DNA from: an uncultured delta proteobacterium
GTDB lineage: Bacteria; Myxococcota; Myxococcia; Myxococcales; Myxococcaceae
Assembly: GCA_963771175.1 (NCBI GenBank)
Contig: CAVYSY010000007.1
Span: 41,782 to 105,781, forward strand
DNA length: 64,000 bases
Reading direction: 5' to 3'
Shown here in pieces: positions 9,726 through 20,810 of the stretch (position 1 is the stretch's first letter; each line of letters starts with the position of its first letter). A model generated the notes under the pieces. That model was not told the origin of the DNA, did no database searches, and was given only the letters and a program-made list of their open reading frames with translations. Both the position numbers and the translations under genes were made by a program.

Positions 9726-11633
9726 CTACAGCTCGACCTGGGTGCCCATCTCCACCACGCGGTTGGGCGGGATGCGGAAGAAGGACGTGGCCGAGCGGGC
9801 GTTGTGGCTCATCCAGACGAAGAGGGCCTCGCGCCAGCGAGCCATGCCCGGCTTCTTGGTGACGAGGAGCGTCTCGCGGCCGAGGAAGAAGCTGGTGCCC
9901 ATCAGGTTGAACTGCAGCCCGGCCTCCCGCAGGCGCTTGAGGATGTCCGGGATGCTCGGGTCCTCCATGAAGCCATAGCGCGCGTACACGCGCTTGAGCC
10001 CGAGCTCCAGCGGCTCCACCTCCACGCGCTCGGAGACCGGCACGTGGGGCACGTCCTGGGTCTGGATGGTGAGGAGCACCGTCTGCTCGTGCAGCACCTT
10101 GTTGTGCTTGAGGTTGTGCAGGAGCGCGCTGGGCGCGGCCTCCGCGTTGCCCGTCATGAAGATGGCCGTGCCGGGCACGCGCGTGGGCGAGTGCTCCCGG
10201 AAGCTCTCCAGCAGGGCCTCGACGGTGAGGGAACCCGCGCGCAGCCGCTCGCCCAGCAACTCGCGGCCGCGCTTCCACGTCGTCATCAAGGTGAAGATGA
10301 TGAGGCCGAGCGTGAGCGGGAACCAGCCGCCGTCGGGCACCTTCACCACGTTGGCGCCCAGGAATGACAGGTCGATGGCCAGGAAGAGCGCCGACACCGG
10401 CAGCACCACCGCGCGGCTCATCTTCCAGCGCTCGCGGGCCACCACGTACGCGAGCACCGTGGTGATGGACATGGCGGCGGTGGTCGCCATGCCGTAGGCC
10501 GCCGCCAGTGCGCTCGAGGAGCGGAAGGTGAGCACCAGCACCACCACGCCCAGGAGCATGGCGAAGTTGAGGCCGGGCAGGAAGATCTGCCCCTCCTCCT
10601 GCGCCGAGGTGTGCACCACCTCCATGCGCGGGCTGTAGCCGAGCTGGATGGCCTGGCGCGTGAGGCTGAAGGCGCCCGAGATGAGCGCCTGGCTGGCGAT
10701 GCTCGCCGCCAGCGTGGCGAGCGCCACCAGCGGGTAGAGCAGGAACGGCGGGGCGAGCTGGTAGAACGGGTTCTCCGCCGTCGGGTCGCGCAGCAGGAGC
10801 GCGCCCTGCCCGAAGTAGTTGAGCAGCAGCGAGGGCAGCGCCACCGCGAACCACGCCAGCCGGATGGGCTTGCGGCCGAAGTGGCCCATGTCCGCGTAGA
10901 GCGCCTCGCCCCCGGTGATGACCAGGATGACCACCGCCAGCAGCAGGAAGCCGTGCACGCCGTTGTGGACGAAGAACTCCACCGCGTAGCCGGGCCACAC
11001 CGCCCGCAGCACGTCCGGCCGGGCCAGGATGGAGCGCGCCCCCAGCGTGGCGAGGGTGAGGAACCACAGGAGCATCATCGGCCCGAAAATCTTGCCGATG
11101 CCGGCCGTGCCCCGACTCTGCACCACGAACAGGCCGACCAGGATGACCAGCGTGAGCGGCACCACGTAGGGCTCGAACACGTTCGTGGCCACGTTGAGAC
11201 CCTCGGTGGCCGACAGGACCGAGATGGCCGGAGTGATGACGCCGTCGCCGTAGATGAGGCCCGCGCCGAACAGCGCCATCCACACCAGCACCTTGCGGTT
11301 GCTGCTCGGGCGGCCCTCGCGCGTGCGGTGCATCACCAGCGCCATCAGCGCCAGCATTCCACCCTCGCCGCGGTTGTCCGCGCGCATGACGAACGCCAGG
11401 TACTTCACCGAGATGACGATGACGAGGGCCCAGAAGAACAGGCTCAGCACCCCCAGCACGTTGGCGGGCGTGGGGGCGATGGCATGCGGCCCATGGAAGC
11501 ACTCGCGAAGCGCGTACAGGGGCGAGGTGCCAATATCGCCATAGACCACCCCCAGCGCTCCCAGCGCTCCCAGTGCGACGCGACGGAATGAGGGGGGTTC
11601 GGCGCCAGCGGAGGAGTGCACGGAGAGGCTCAC
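9726..11633 (-). CDS. kup: KUP/HAK/KT potassium transporter
   Basis: GVVYGDIGTSPLY, ADNRGEGG, EALYADMGHFG and YGFME motifs; start uncertain (GTG 11633). Confidence 0.96.
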   Translation of the reverse strand: MSLSVHSSAGAEPPSFRRVALGALGALGVVYGDIGTSPLYALRECFHGPHAIAPTPANVLGVLSLFFWALVIVISVKYLAFVMRADNRGEGGMLALMALVMHRTREGRPSSNRKVLVWMALFGAGLIYGDGVITPAISVLSATEGLNVATNVFEPYVVPLTLVILVGLFVVQSRGTAGIGKIFGPMMLLWFLTLATLGARSILARPDVLRAVWPGYAVEFFVHNGVHGFLLLAVVILVITGGEALYADMGHFGRKPIRLAWFAVALPSLLLNYFGQGALLLRDPTAENPFYQLAPPFLLYPLVALATLAASIASQALISGAFSLTRQAIQLGYSPRMEVVHTSAQEEGQIFLPGLNFAMLLGVVVLVLTFRSSSALAAAYGMATTAAMSITTVLAYVVARERWKMSRAVVLPVSALFLAIDLSFLGANVVKVPDGGWFPLTLGLIIFTLMTTWKRGRELLGERLRAGSLTVEALLESFREHSPTRVPGTAIFMTGNAEAAPSALLHNLKHNKVLHEQTVLLTIQTQDVPHVPVSERVEVEPLELGLKRVYARYGFMEDPSIPDILKRLREAGLQFNLMGTSFFLGRETLLVTKKPGMARWREALFVWMSHNARSATSFFRIPPNRVVEMGTQVEL

Positions 11634-11695
11634 CTCGAAGAGACGGGCCGGCCTGTCCGGGCCGCCGTGAAAGGCCGCCAGCCTTAGCGCACCCC

Positions 11696-11885
11696 CCGCT
11701 CCCGGGTCATCGAATTCCGCGAGGGGTCGGTGCAAGAGGAGCGGAAACAATCACCCTGGGTGAATGAACACCCCCCTTCACCCCGCTCGGGGTGTGGGTG
11801 GCCCACGCCCATACCGGCCCCGAGGCGGCGGCCACCCAGGGAGGAGCGCCGAAAGGCGGGCGGAGAGGGCTCACCCGTTGGCCAG
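11696..11885 (+). ncRNA. Candidate structured cis-regulatory RNA (unassigned family)
   Basis: Nested stems with GNRA loops (GCGA, GAAA) and G-U pairs that form only on the + strand. Confidence 0.5.
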
Positions 11886-11943
11886 GCAGCCACAGCCACC
11901 CCATTTCCCGTTATTTGGTTCGTAGACAAAACTTTCTCCATCC

Positions 11944-14154
11944 ATGCTCACCATCCCCGTCCCGCCGCTATGTGCTGAGCCCGACCCCCTCTCCCCCCCA
12001 CTGAAATACCTGCTCGCCCTCTACCCCCGTGCCCGCGAGGCGGAGGAGCGGCTGCGAGAGCTACAGGCGCTGCTGACGTCGGCCCAGCCCCTGGCGCCGC
12101 TCGCGACGCGCATGACGTGGCTGGAGGAGCTGGCCCGCTGGCTCCAGGCGCGCGGAGCCACGCTGTCGCGGCGCGGGCAACTGGCGCCAGTGGAGTCCTC
12201 GGGCTCGGCGCGCCTGCGGCTGCTGCTGGAGGTGCTCGGCGAGGTGCCCGAGTGGTGCGAGGCCTTGCGGGGTGTCATCGCATCGGTGCTCGCCGAGACG
12301 TCGGCGCGGAAGCTGTTCACCGAGCCGGGCCTGTCCTCCGGCCGGGGCCTCCTGGGGGACGCCGCGGCGCGGCTCGGTCAGCGGCTCGTGCCCCCCGCGC
12401 CGGACGAGCGGGACCTGGCGTCGCTGGTCTGGCGCCTGTTCCCGGGGGAGGAAGGCGCCGCGTGGCTGGACGAGCTGTCCGAGCAGCCCGTGGCGGCCCT
12501 CTGTGCCCTGCTGGGTGCGCCGTCCTTCGCCCCGTTGGGGGCGGCGGTGGAGGACGCGGTGGTGGTGCTCGCCGCGCGGGCGAGCGCCCTCGGCCTGGCG
12601 GGGGACGTGCTGGCGCGGCTCCCCCCGGGGCCCGTCGCGCAGTCCCCCTTCGTCCGCCTGCCGCGCGCCTGCGAGGCACTGCGGGGAGCGGTGCGCGCGC
12701 GCGCGGAGGGGCTCGCGATGCGGCGGGGGCGAGAGGCCTGCGCCGAGGCCATTGGAGACTGCCGCGCCGCCGCGCAGGCGGTGTTGCACCGCATGCATGC
12801 GGACGCGGTGGACACCGACCTCGTCTACCGGCTCCAGCAGCTCGGCCACACGCTGGACCGGCTGGAGTCACTGCTGTGGCTGCTGGCCCCGGACAGCCCT
12901 GGCGCCACGCCGTGCGCCGCCACCCGACTGCTCTCGTCCCTGGTCCATGAGCACGAGAGGGAGCGCAGCGTGGCCGGGCTGTTCCGCAACAGCATGCGCT
13001 ACATCTCCCGGCGCATCTTCGAGCACACGGGGGAGGTGGGCCGCCACTACATCACCACCAGCCAGGACGAGTACCACCAGATGGTGAGCGCGGCGGCGGG
13101 TGGGGGGCTGATCACCACCGTCACCGCGGCGCTCAAGCTGTGCATCACCTTCGCGGCGCTGCCGCTCTTCTTCGAAGGGCTGGCGGCCGCCACCAACTAC
13201 GCCCTCAGCTTCATGCTCATCCAGGTGCTCGGCTTCACCCTGTCCACCAAGCAGCCCTCCATGACGGCCGCGGCCCTGGCGGTCTCGATGGACGTGAAGG
13301 CCGGCGACAAGGGGATGCGCAGCCTGGTGGAGCAGCTCGCCTGCATCACCCGGTCCCAGCTCGCCTCGGTGCTCGGCAACCTCGGCGCGGTGGTGGCCGC
13401 CGGCACCCTCGTGGGGCTCCTCCTCCAGGCGCTCTGGGGCCGACCCCTGCTGGAGGTGCACCAGGCGGAGTACGTGGTGCGCTCACTCCACCCGCTGCGC
13501 AGCGGCACGCTGTTCTTCGCCGCCCTCACGGGGGTGCTGCTGTGGTGCTCGAGCGTCTTGGGCGGCTGGCTGGAGAACTGGGTGCAGTACCGGCGCCTGC
13601 CGGAGGCACTCGCGCGCCATCGCGGCCTCATCCGCATGCTGGGCGAGGCGCGGGCGAAGTGGCTGGGCGAGGCCCTCGCGCGCAACGCGTGCGGCCTGGG
13701 CGCCAATGTCGGCCTGGGCCTGCTGCTGGGCATGACGCCCGCGGTGGGCCGCTTCTTCGGCCTGTCGCTGGACGTGCGGCACGTCACCCTCAGCGCCGGC
13801 ATGCTCACCTTCGCGGGCTCGGCACTGGGGCCCGAGCGGCTGCTGGAGTCGGACTTCCTCTGGGCGGTGGTGGGCCTCGCCCTGGTGGGGGTGGTCAACC
13901 TGACGGTGAGCTTCTCGCTGGGGCTCTTCGCGGCGGTGCGAGCGCGGGGCCTGGAGCCGGTGGGCTTCCTGTGCCTGGCCTTCGCGGTCCTCGCCGGAGG
14001 CATCCGCTCCCTCTCCGGCTTCATCCTCCCGCCGCCGAACCCGCTCCTGCCGGTCCGTCGCCCCGACTCGCCCTACAGCGTGCGGTCCGCCGCGCGCCCT
14101 CGCTCCGCGACCCTCCGCGAGAGGCCGCACGACGCCGACTCCCGGCTCGCCTAG
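11944..14154 (+). CDS. Gcr-like 'site-specific recombinase' family (PF10136-like) multi-pass membrane protein
   Basis: GRHYITT, AAGGG, NYA, TLSTKQPSMTA, RSQLASVLGN and LDVRHVTLS motifs; start uncertain. Confidence 0.85.
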   Translation: MLTIPVPPLCAEPDPLSPPLKYLLALYPRAREAEERLRELQALLTSAQPLAPLATRMTWLEELARWLQARGATLSRRGQLAPVESSGSARLRLLLEVLGEVPEWCEALRGVIASVLAETSARKLFTEPGLSSGRGLLGDAAARLGQRLVPPAPDERDLASLVWRLFPGEEGAAWLDELSEQPVAALCALLGAPSFAPLGAAVEDAVVVLAARASALGLAGDVLARLPPGPVAQSPFVRLPRACEALRGAVRARAEGLAMRRGREACAEAIGDCRAAAQAVLHRMHADAVDTDLVYRLQQLGHTLDRLESLLWLLAPDSPGATPCAATRLLSSLVHEHERERSVAGLFRNSMRYISRRIFEHTGEVGRHYITTSQDEYHQMVSAAAGGGLITTVTAALKLCITFAALPLFFEGLAAATNYALSFMLIQVLGFTLSTKQPSMTAAALAVSMDVKAGDKGMRSLVEQLACITRSQLASVLGNLGAVVAAGTLVGLLLQALWGRPLLEVHQAEYVVRSLHPLRSGTLFFAALTGVLLWCSSVLGGWLENWVQYRRLPEALARHRGLIRMLGEARAKWLGEALARNACGLGANVGLGLLLGMTPAVGRFFGLSLDVRHVTLSAGMLTFAGSALGPERLLESDFLWAVVGLALVGVVNLTVSFSLGLFAAVRARGLEPVGFLCLAFAVLAGGIRSLSGFILPPPNPLLPVRRPDSPYSVRSAARPRSATLRERPHDADSRLA

Positions 14155-14175
14155 GCCCTGTCCGAGGCTCGACTC

Positions 14176-15285
<1,110 letters not shown>

Positions 15286-15378
15286 GTAAGCTGGCGCTGT
15301 CCCAAACGAACCCCGGAGGAGCCGCCACAGGGGAGGGCGCTCCCCCGGCCGCTTCATGTGGGAGCGCTCAGACCCTGT

Positions 15379-16284
15379 TCACATCGTGCGCCTGGCCAGC
15401 TCCTTGGCCGCGTCCACGAAGAGGCGCAGCGCCGGGGAGCGCTGCGCACGGCTGGGGAAGTAGAGGAAGAAGCCGGGCACCGTGGGCGCGTAGGGCTCGA
15501 GCACCCGCTGCAGCCGCCCGGTGCGTAGCTGCTCCGCCACCATCGGCTCGAAGGCGTACGCCAGCCCCAGGCCCTGCTCCGCCAGGGACACGCTCAGCGG
15601 GTTGTCGTTGGTGACCACGCCCCCGCGCACCGGCACGCGCCACGTCCTGCGGCCCCGCTCCAGCTCCCACGCGTAGAGCGCCCCGGTGGTCCGCGAGCGG
15701 AAGGTGATGCACTCGTGGCGCAGGAGGTCCTCGGGCCGCTGGGGCGTGCCGTGGCGCGCGAGGTAGCCGGGCGCGCCCACCACCACGAAGCGGAACGCGT
15801 CGGTGAGCCGCACCTGCACCATGTCGCGCTCGATGGCCTCGCTCAGCCGCACGCCCGCGTCGTAGCCCTCCGCCACGATGTCCACGAAGCGCTCCTCGAT
15901 GACGACCTCGACCTCGATCCGCGGGTGACGCGCGCGAAAGGTGGGGACCACCGGGGTGATGACGAAGGGCACCGCCGCCCGCGGCACCGACAGCCGGACC
16001 CGGCCCACCGCCTCTCCCGGTCGAGCGGAGACCTCGGTGAGGGCGGCGAGCGCCTGTCCCAGCGCCGGACCCGCGCCCTCCACGAGCCGCCTGCCCGCCT
16101 CCGTCAGCGACACGCTGCGCGTCGTGCGGGTGAGCAGCACCACGCGCAGCTGCTCCTCGAGCTGCCGCACCGCCTGGCTCACCGCGGAGGTGGAGACGCC
16201 GAGCTCGCGCGCCGCGCCGCTGAAGCTGCGCAGGCGCGCCACGGCGAGGAACACCTGGAGCTGCGGGAGGGGAGCCGTATTCAT
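15379..16284 (-). CDS. LysR-family regulator (CrgA-like)
   Basis: FLAVARLRSFSGAARELG..SAVSQ, RTTRSVSLTEAG and GYDAGVR motifs. Confidence 0.95.
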   Translation of the reverse strand: MNTAPLPQLQVFLAVARLRSFSGAARELGVSTSAVSQAVRQLEEQLRVVLLTRTTRSVSLTEAGRRLVEGAGPALGQALAALTEVSARPGEAVGRVRLSVPRAAVPFVITPVVPTFRARHPRIEVEVVIEERFVDIVAEGYDAGVRLSEAIERDMVQVRLTDAFRFVVVGAPGYLARHGTPQRPEDLLRHECITFRSRTTGALYAWELERGRRTWRVPVRGGVVTNDNPLSVSLAEQGLGLAYAFEPMVAEQLRTGRLQRVLEPYAPTVPGFFLYFPSRAQRSPALRLFVDAAKELARRTM

Positions 16285-16353
16285 TGCGAGAGTACCTTCC
16301 GGGCCGGGCCACCAGCACCGGCACGAATGCAACGACACTACCGAGGAGCTCAA

Positions 16354-16468
16354 GCCTCACTGTTAAGCATTGCTTAAGAGCCTATTGACTCCCTGGCACG
16401 TAGTCATCCGAGGCCTCGGGGCGTATTTCTCTTCGTGAACGGGGCGCCACGGCCCCGAACCCACGGAG
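16354..16468 (+). promoter_or_regulatory. Promoter/5'UTR copy 2 with LysR T-N11-A box
   Basis: Dyad TTAAGC-ATT-GCTTAA at 16363-16377 between divergent LysR and ADH genes. Confidence 0.72.
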
Positions 16469-16480
16469 CTCTGGAGAAAC

Positions 16481-17540
16481 ATGCTCACCGTCAATGCCTA
16501 CGCGGCCACGGCCGCGACGAAGCCCCTCGGTCCGACGACCATCCAGCGTCGTGACCTCGGCCCGCACGACGTCCTCATCGAGATCAAGTTCTGCGGCATC
16601 TGCCACTCCGACATCCACCACTCTCGCGGTGAGTGGGGTTCGGTGGCCTACCCCGTCGTCCCCGGCCATGAGATCGCCGGGATCGTCGCCCAGGTCGGCT
16701 CCAAGGTCACCAGGCATGCCGTCGGCGACCGCGTCGGCGTCGGCTGCCTGGTCGACTCCTGTGGCGAGTGCGCGAGCTGCCGCAAGGGCGAGGAGCAGCA
16801 CTGCCTCAAGGGGTTCACCGGGACCTACGGCGGCATCGGGAAGGACGGCCAGCTCACCCAGGGCGGCTATTCCACCCACATCGTCGTGACCGAGGACTTC
16901 GTCCTCAAGATTCCCGAGGGCATCGGGCTCGACGCCGCCGCGCCGCTGCTGTGCGCCGGCATCACGACGTACGCGCCGCTGCGCCATTGGGGCGCCGGCC
17001 CCGGCAAGAAGGTGGCCGTCGTCGGTCTGGGCGGGCTCGGGCACATGGCCGTGAAGCTCGCGCACGCGATGGGTGCCGAGGTCACCGTCCTGTCGCAGTC
17101 GCTGAACAAGAAGGAGGACGGCCTGCGCCTCGGTGCGGACCACTACTACGCCACGAAGGATCCGGAGACGTTCAAGAAGCTCGCCGGCTCGTTCGACCTC
17201 ATCGTGAACACGGTGAGCGCGAAGATCGACCTCGACGCCTACCTGTCGCCTGCTGGCCCTGGACGGCGCCCTGGTCAACGTGGGCGCACCCGCGGAGCCG
17301 CTCTCCGTCAACGTGTTCTCCCTCATCATGACCCGCCGGTCGTTCGCGGGTTCGCTGATCGGCGGCATCCGCCAGACCCAGGAGATGCTGGACTTCTGCG
17401 CCAGGCACCGCATCGGCGCCGACATCGAGGTCATCCCGGCCAGCAAGATCAACGAGGCCTACGAGCGAGTGCTCGCCTCCGACGTCCGGTACCGGTTCGT
17501 GATCGACACCGCGACACTGAGGTACGGCAATCCGCCGTGA
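16481..17540 (+). CDS. Zn/NADP-dependent alcohol dehydrogenase (CAD family), one frameshift near 17250
   Basis: GICHSD, GHE, CGECASC and GLGGLG motifs; C-terminus (GSLIGG...DVRYRFVID) is in another frame. Confidence 0.9.
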
Positions 17541-17605
17541 GGAACGCACATGGTTTGGGAAGAAGCAGCCCTGAGGGCTGCCCCGCCGACGTTTTGAATC
17601 CGCGC

Positions 17606-18430
17606 CTACACCGGCACCGCGAAGTCGCGCAGCGCCGCGTTGAGGCTCGTCTTCTTGTCGGTGCTCTCCTTGCGCTGCCCGATGATGAGGGCGCACGGCA
17701 CCATGTAGCTGCCGGCCGGGAACTTCTTCTCCTTCATGCCCGGAATCACCACGCTGCGCGCCGGCACCCGCCCCTTGTAGACCTTCTCCTCGGGGCCGGT
17801 GACGTCGATGATGGGAGTGGAGGCCGTCAGCACCACGTTGGCGCCCAGCACCGCCTCCTCCTCCACCACCACGCCCTCCACCACGATGCAGCGGCTGCCG
17901 ATGAAGGCCCTGTCCTCGATGATGACCGGCGAGGCCGTGGGCGGCTCGAGCACCCCGCCCAGCCCCACGCCACCCGACAGGTGCACGTCACGGCCCACCT
18001 GCGCGCAACTGCCCACCGTGGCCCACGTGTCCACCATCGTCCCCGCGCCCACCCGCGCGCCGATGTTCACGTAGCCGGGCATCACCACCGCCCCGCGCTC
18101 CACGAACGCCCCGTAGCGCACCACCCCCGGCGGCACCACCCGCACGCCCGCCGCCTCCAGCCCCTTCTTCAGCGGAATCTTGTCGAAGAACTCGAAGGGC
18201 TCCACCTCCATCACCTTCATCTCCGAGATGGCGAAGAACAGGAGGATGGCCTCCTTCACCCAGGCATTCACCTTCCAGCCCTCGGGCCCCTTCTCCGCGA
18301 CCCGCAGCTCGCCCGCGTCCAGCAGCGTGAGCGTCTCGCGCACCGCCGCGACGTACTCGGCTTCCTTCAACTTCGCCCGGTCCGCGAAGGCCGCGGACAC
18401 CTTCTGAGAGAGACTCTCGGTGGAGGACAT
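17606..18430 (-). CDS. dapD: Tetrahydrodipicolinate N-succinyltransferase
   Basis: [23 protein letters not shown] and [14 protein letters not shown] motifs. Confidence 0.96.
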   Translation of the reverse strand: MSSTESLSQKVSAAFADRAKLKEAEYVAAVRETLTLLDAGELRVAEKGPEGWKVNAWVKEAILLFFAISEMKVMEVEPFEFFDKIPLKKGLEAAGVRVVPPGVVRYGAFVERGAVVMPGYVNIGARVGAGTMVDTWATVGSCAQVGRDVHLSGGVGLGGVLEPPTASPVIIEDRAFIGSRCIVVEGVVVEEEAVLGANVVLTASTPIIDVTGPEEKVYKGRVPARSVVIPGMKEKKFPAGSYMVPCALIIGQRKESTDKKTSLNAALRDFAVPV

Positions 18431-18472
18431 GGCCGCTCCTTCAAGCACGAAACGCCGCGCACCGCACCATCC

Positions 18473-18808
18473 TCATGCGTGGGCCTGTTGGCCGACGGCG
18501 GTCATCCCCGGACTCGGGGGCTCCGCCAGCGGGTACACCGCCGTGATGATCTCCCGGTCCAGCCGGTCTCCCACCGGCTCCACCGCCGCGTGGGCCCGGC
18601 CCGAGACGTACACGCCGAGCCCCGTCACCCGCTGCACGTGCGACAGGGGCACCGCCCACAGCTTGCGCGAGAAGCGCCGACGCACGAAGAGCACCGTCTC
18701 TCCGATGCACTTCACCTTCCCGAGCACCGTCCCGTCCTCGTCTCGCACCTTCATCGCGTGCTGAATCGAGCGCCGCTCGAACGGGGATTCCATCCAGTCC
18801 ACCGCCAT
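18473..18808 (-). CDS. DUF2171/PRC-barrel-like small protein
   Basis: [14 protein letters not shown] pattern; GGAGG RBS. Confidence 0.55.
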   Translation of the reverse strand: MAVDWMESPFERRSIQHAMKVRDEDGTVLGKVKCIGETVLFVRRRFSRKLWAVPLSHVQRVTGLGVYVSGRAHAAVEPVGDRLDREIITAVYPLAEPPSPGMTAVGQQAHA

Positions 18809-18926
18809 GGCCGCACCTCCACTCGCACAAGGTGAGGTCCCGGGCGGCCCGAGGGGAGCACGACACCGGGTAGCGGGCCCCCGGCCGCCCGCACGCCACG
18901 AGGCACGGGCGGACCGGGAGGGACGG

Positions 18927-19160
18927 CTAGCGGCCGAGTTCCTTGGCCACCGCGTCCACTACCTGCTGATCGGTGGGAAAGCCGAGCGACTCCTTCCGCA
19001 ACACCGTCTTGCCATCCACGGCGATCTCGAAGCTCCCCGAAGGTCCCACCTTCAGCTCCGAGTCCAACTCCAGGTCCTTCTTCAGCGCGGCCGCCGCACG
19101 GACGGCCCGAGGCTTGTAGCCTCAACCACTGCAATAGGTGATGGTGATACGAGCGGCCAT
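18927..19160 (-). CDS. SelW/SelT/SelH (Rdx) family probable selenoprotein, in-frame UGA at codon 13
   Basis: Manual translation MAARITITYCSG(U)GYKPRAVRAAAALKKDLELDSELKVGPSGSFEIAVDGKTVLRKESLGFPTDQQVVDAVAKELGR; AAGGAGG RBS; CxxU and GSFEI..DG...GFP motifs. Confidence 0.9.
19089..19107 (-). promoter_or_regulatory. Putative bacterial SECIS element
   Basis: GGCCG-U-CC-GUGC-GG-CGGCC hairpin at +15 to +33 after the UGA; bulged U, apical loop begins GU. Confidence 0.6.
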
Positions 19161-19270
19161 GTCGGGCCTCCTTCTGGGTGTAGGGATTGAAATAACGAAC
19201 GACGAGCGGCGTGCAAGCGGACAACCCATTCCAGGCCAGGAATCCATTGACGCCCGGGCGCCTCGGGGCC

Positions 19271-20719
19271 ATGCAGGCCCCCATGTCCTCCCCTCGCCCG
19301 AGTCTCGCCGCCGCCTACGACCCCGAGCACTTCCGCCGCCTGGGACACCGGCTGGTGGACCAGCTCGCCGACCACCTCGCCCGGGCCACCCGTCGCGAGG
19401 GGCCCGTGCTGCCCTGGGCCCCGCCCGCCACCAACGTCGAGCGCTTCCCCGCGGACTTCCCCGAGGAGCCCTCTGGCGACTTCCCGGCCCTCGTCTCGCG
19501 CGTCCTCGAGGCCTCGCACCACCTGCACCACCCGCATTACGTGGGCCACCAGGTGTCCGCCCCCCTCCCCCTGGCCGCCCTCAGCGACTTCGCCTCCTCG
19601 CTCCTCAACAACGGCATGGCCGTCTACGAGATGGGCCCCGTCGCCACCGCCATGGAGCACAACGTGCTGCGCTGGATGGCCGGAGTGCTCGGCCTGCCCG
19701 AGGGCGCGGGCGGCGTGCTCACCTCGGGGGGCTCGGCCGGCAACCTCACCGCCCTGCTCGCCGCGCGCCAGGCGAAGGCCGGCCATGACGCCTGGAACGG
19801 AGGCGCCACCGCCGGGCCGCCCCTCACCGTGCTCGTCCCCGAGACAACCCACTACTGCGTCTCGCGCGCCACCCGGGTCATGGGCTGGGGCGCCGAGGGC
19901 GTCACCCCCGTCCCCGTGGACGCGCACTACCGGCTGCGCCCCGAGGCCCTGGAGGACGCGCTCGCCGCCGCGAAGCGTGCCGGCCGCCGCCCCATCGCCG
20001 TGGTGGCCAGCGCGGGCTCCACCGCCACCGGCGCCTTCGACCCGCTCGAGGCCGTGGCCGACTTCTGCGAGAAGCACGGCCTGTGGTTCCACGTGGACGG
20101 AGCCCATGGCGCCTCGGCCGCGCTCAGCCCCAGCTACCGCCACCGGGTGAAGGGGATTGAGCGCGCCGACTCGGTGGTGTGGGACGCGCACAAGCTGATG
20201 ATGATGCCGGCGCTCATCACCGCCGTGCTCTTCCGCGACGCGAGCCGCTCCTTCGAGGCCTTCGCCCAGGAGGCCTCCTACCTCTTCCACGGACAGGACT
20301 CCCGCCGCTGGAGCGACGTGGCGCTGCGCACCCTGGAGTGCACCAAGGAGATGATGGCGCTCAAGCTGTATGCCTGTCTCCACGTGCTCGGCACGAAGCT
20401 CTTCGCCGATTCCATCACCGACACCTTCGACCTGTCCCGCCGCTTCGCCGAGCGCCTCCAGTCCTCCGGGGACTTCGAGCTGGCCGTGCCCCCCGACTGC
20501 AACATCGTCTGCTTCCGGTACACGCCGGAGGGTGTCCCCGCCGCGGAGCTCGACGCGCTCCAGGTGCGCCTGCGCGAGTCGCTCGTCACCAGCGGAGACT
20601 TCTACCTGGTGCAGACGACGCTCGGCGGGCGCGTGTGGCTGCGCACCACGCTCATCAACCCGCTCACCACCGACGCGGACCTGGACGCCCTGTTGGTCGC
20701 GCTGCGCCGGGCCGCCTGA
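19271..20719 (+). CDS. Group II PLP-dependent decarboxylase
   Basis: TSGGSAGN, HVDGAHG and WDAHK (PLP lysine) motifs. Confidence 0.92.
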   Translation: MQAPMSSPRPSLAAAYDPEHFRRLGHRLVDQLADHLARATRREGPVLPWAPPATNVERFPADFPEEPSGDFPALVSRVLEASHHLHHPHYVGHQVSAPLPLAALSDFASSLLNNGMAVYEMGPVATAMEHNVLRWMAGVLGLPEGAGGVLTSGGSAGNLTALLAARQAKAGHDAWNGGATAGPPLTVLVPETTHYCVSRATRVMGWGAEGVTPVPVDAHYRLRPEALEDALAAAKRAGRRPIAVVASAGSTATGAFDPLEAVADFCEKHGLWFHVDGAHGASAALSPSYRHRVKGIERADSVVWDAHKLMMMPALITAVLFRDASRSFEAFAQEASYLFHGQDSRRWSDVALRTLECTKEMMALKLYACLHVLGTKLFADSITDTFDLSRRFAERLQSSGDFELAVPPDCNIVCFRYTPEGVPAAELDALQVRLRESLVTSGDFYLVQTTLGGRVWLRTTLINPLTTDADLDALLVALRRAA

Positions 20720-20810
20720 GGGGGGGCCTGCGAGGCATTCCATGCGATGCTGACCACCCCGTGACAAACACGGGGCACGGACGTGTTACGAAGGACGAGG
20801 TCATCCATCG

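Noticed and set aside
11696..11885. Firm call as c-di-AMP riboswitch controlling kup
   Set aside because: Structure favours the strand opposite kup and the 3' CAGCUAAC-type consensus is not evident; kept as an unassigned RNA
16481..18835. 784-aa extended ADH
   Set aside because: Frameshift read-through antisense to dapD; the true C-terminus ends at 17540
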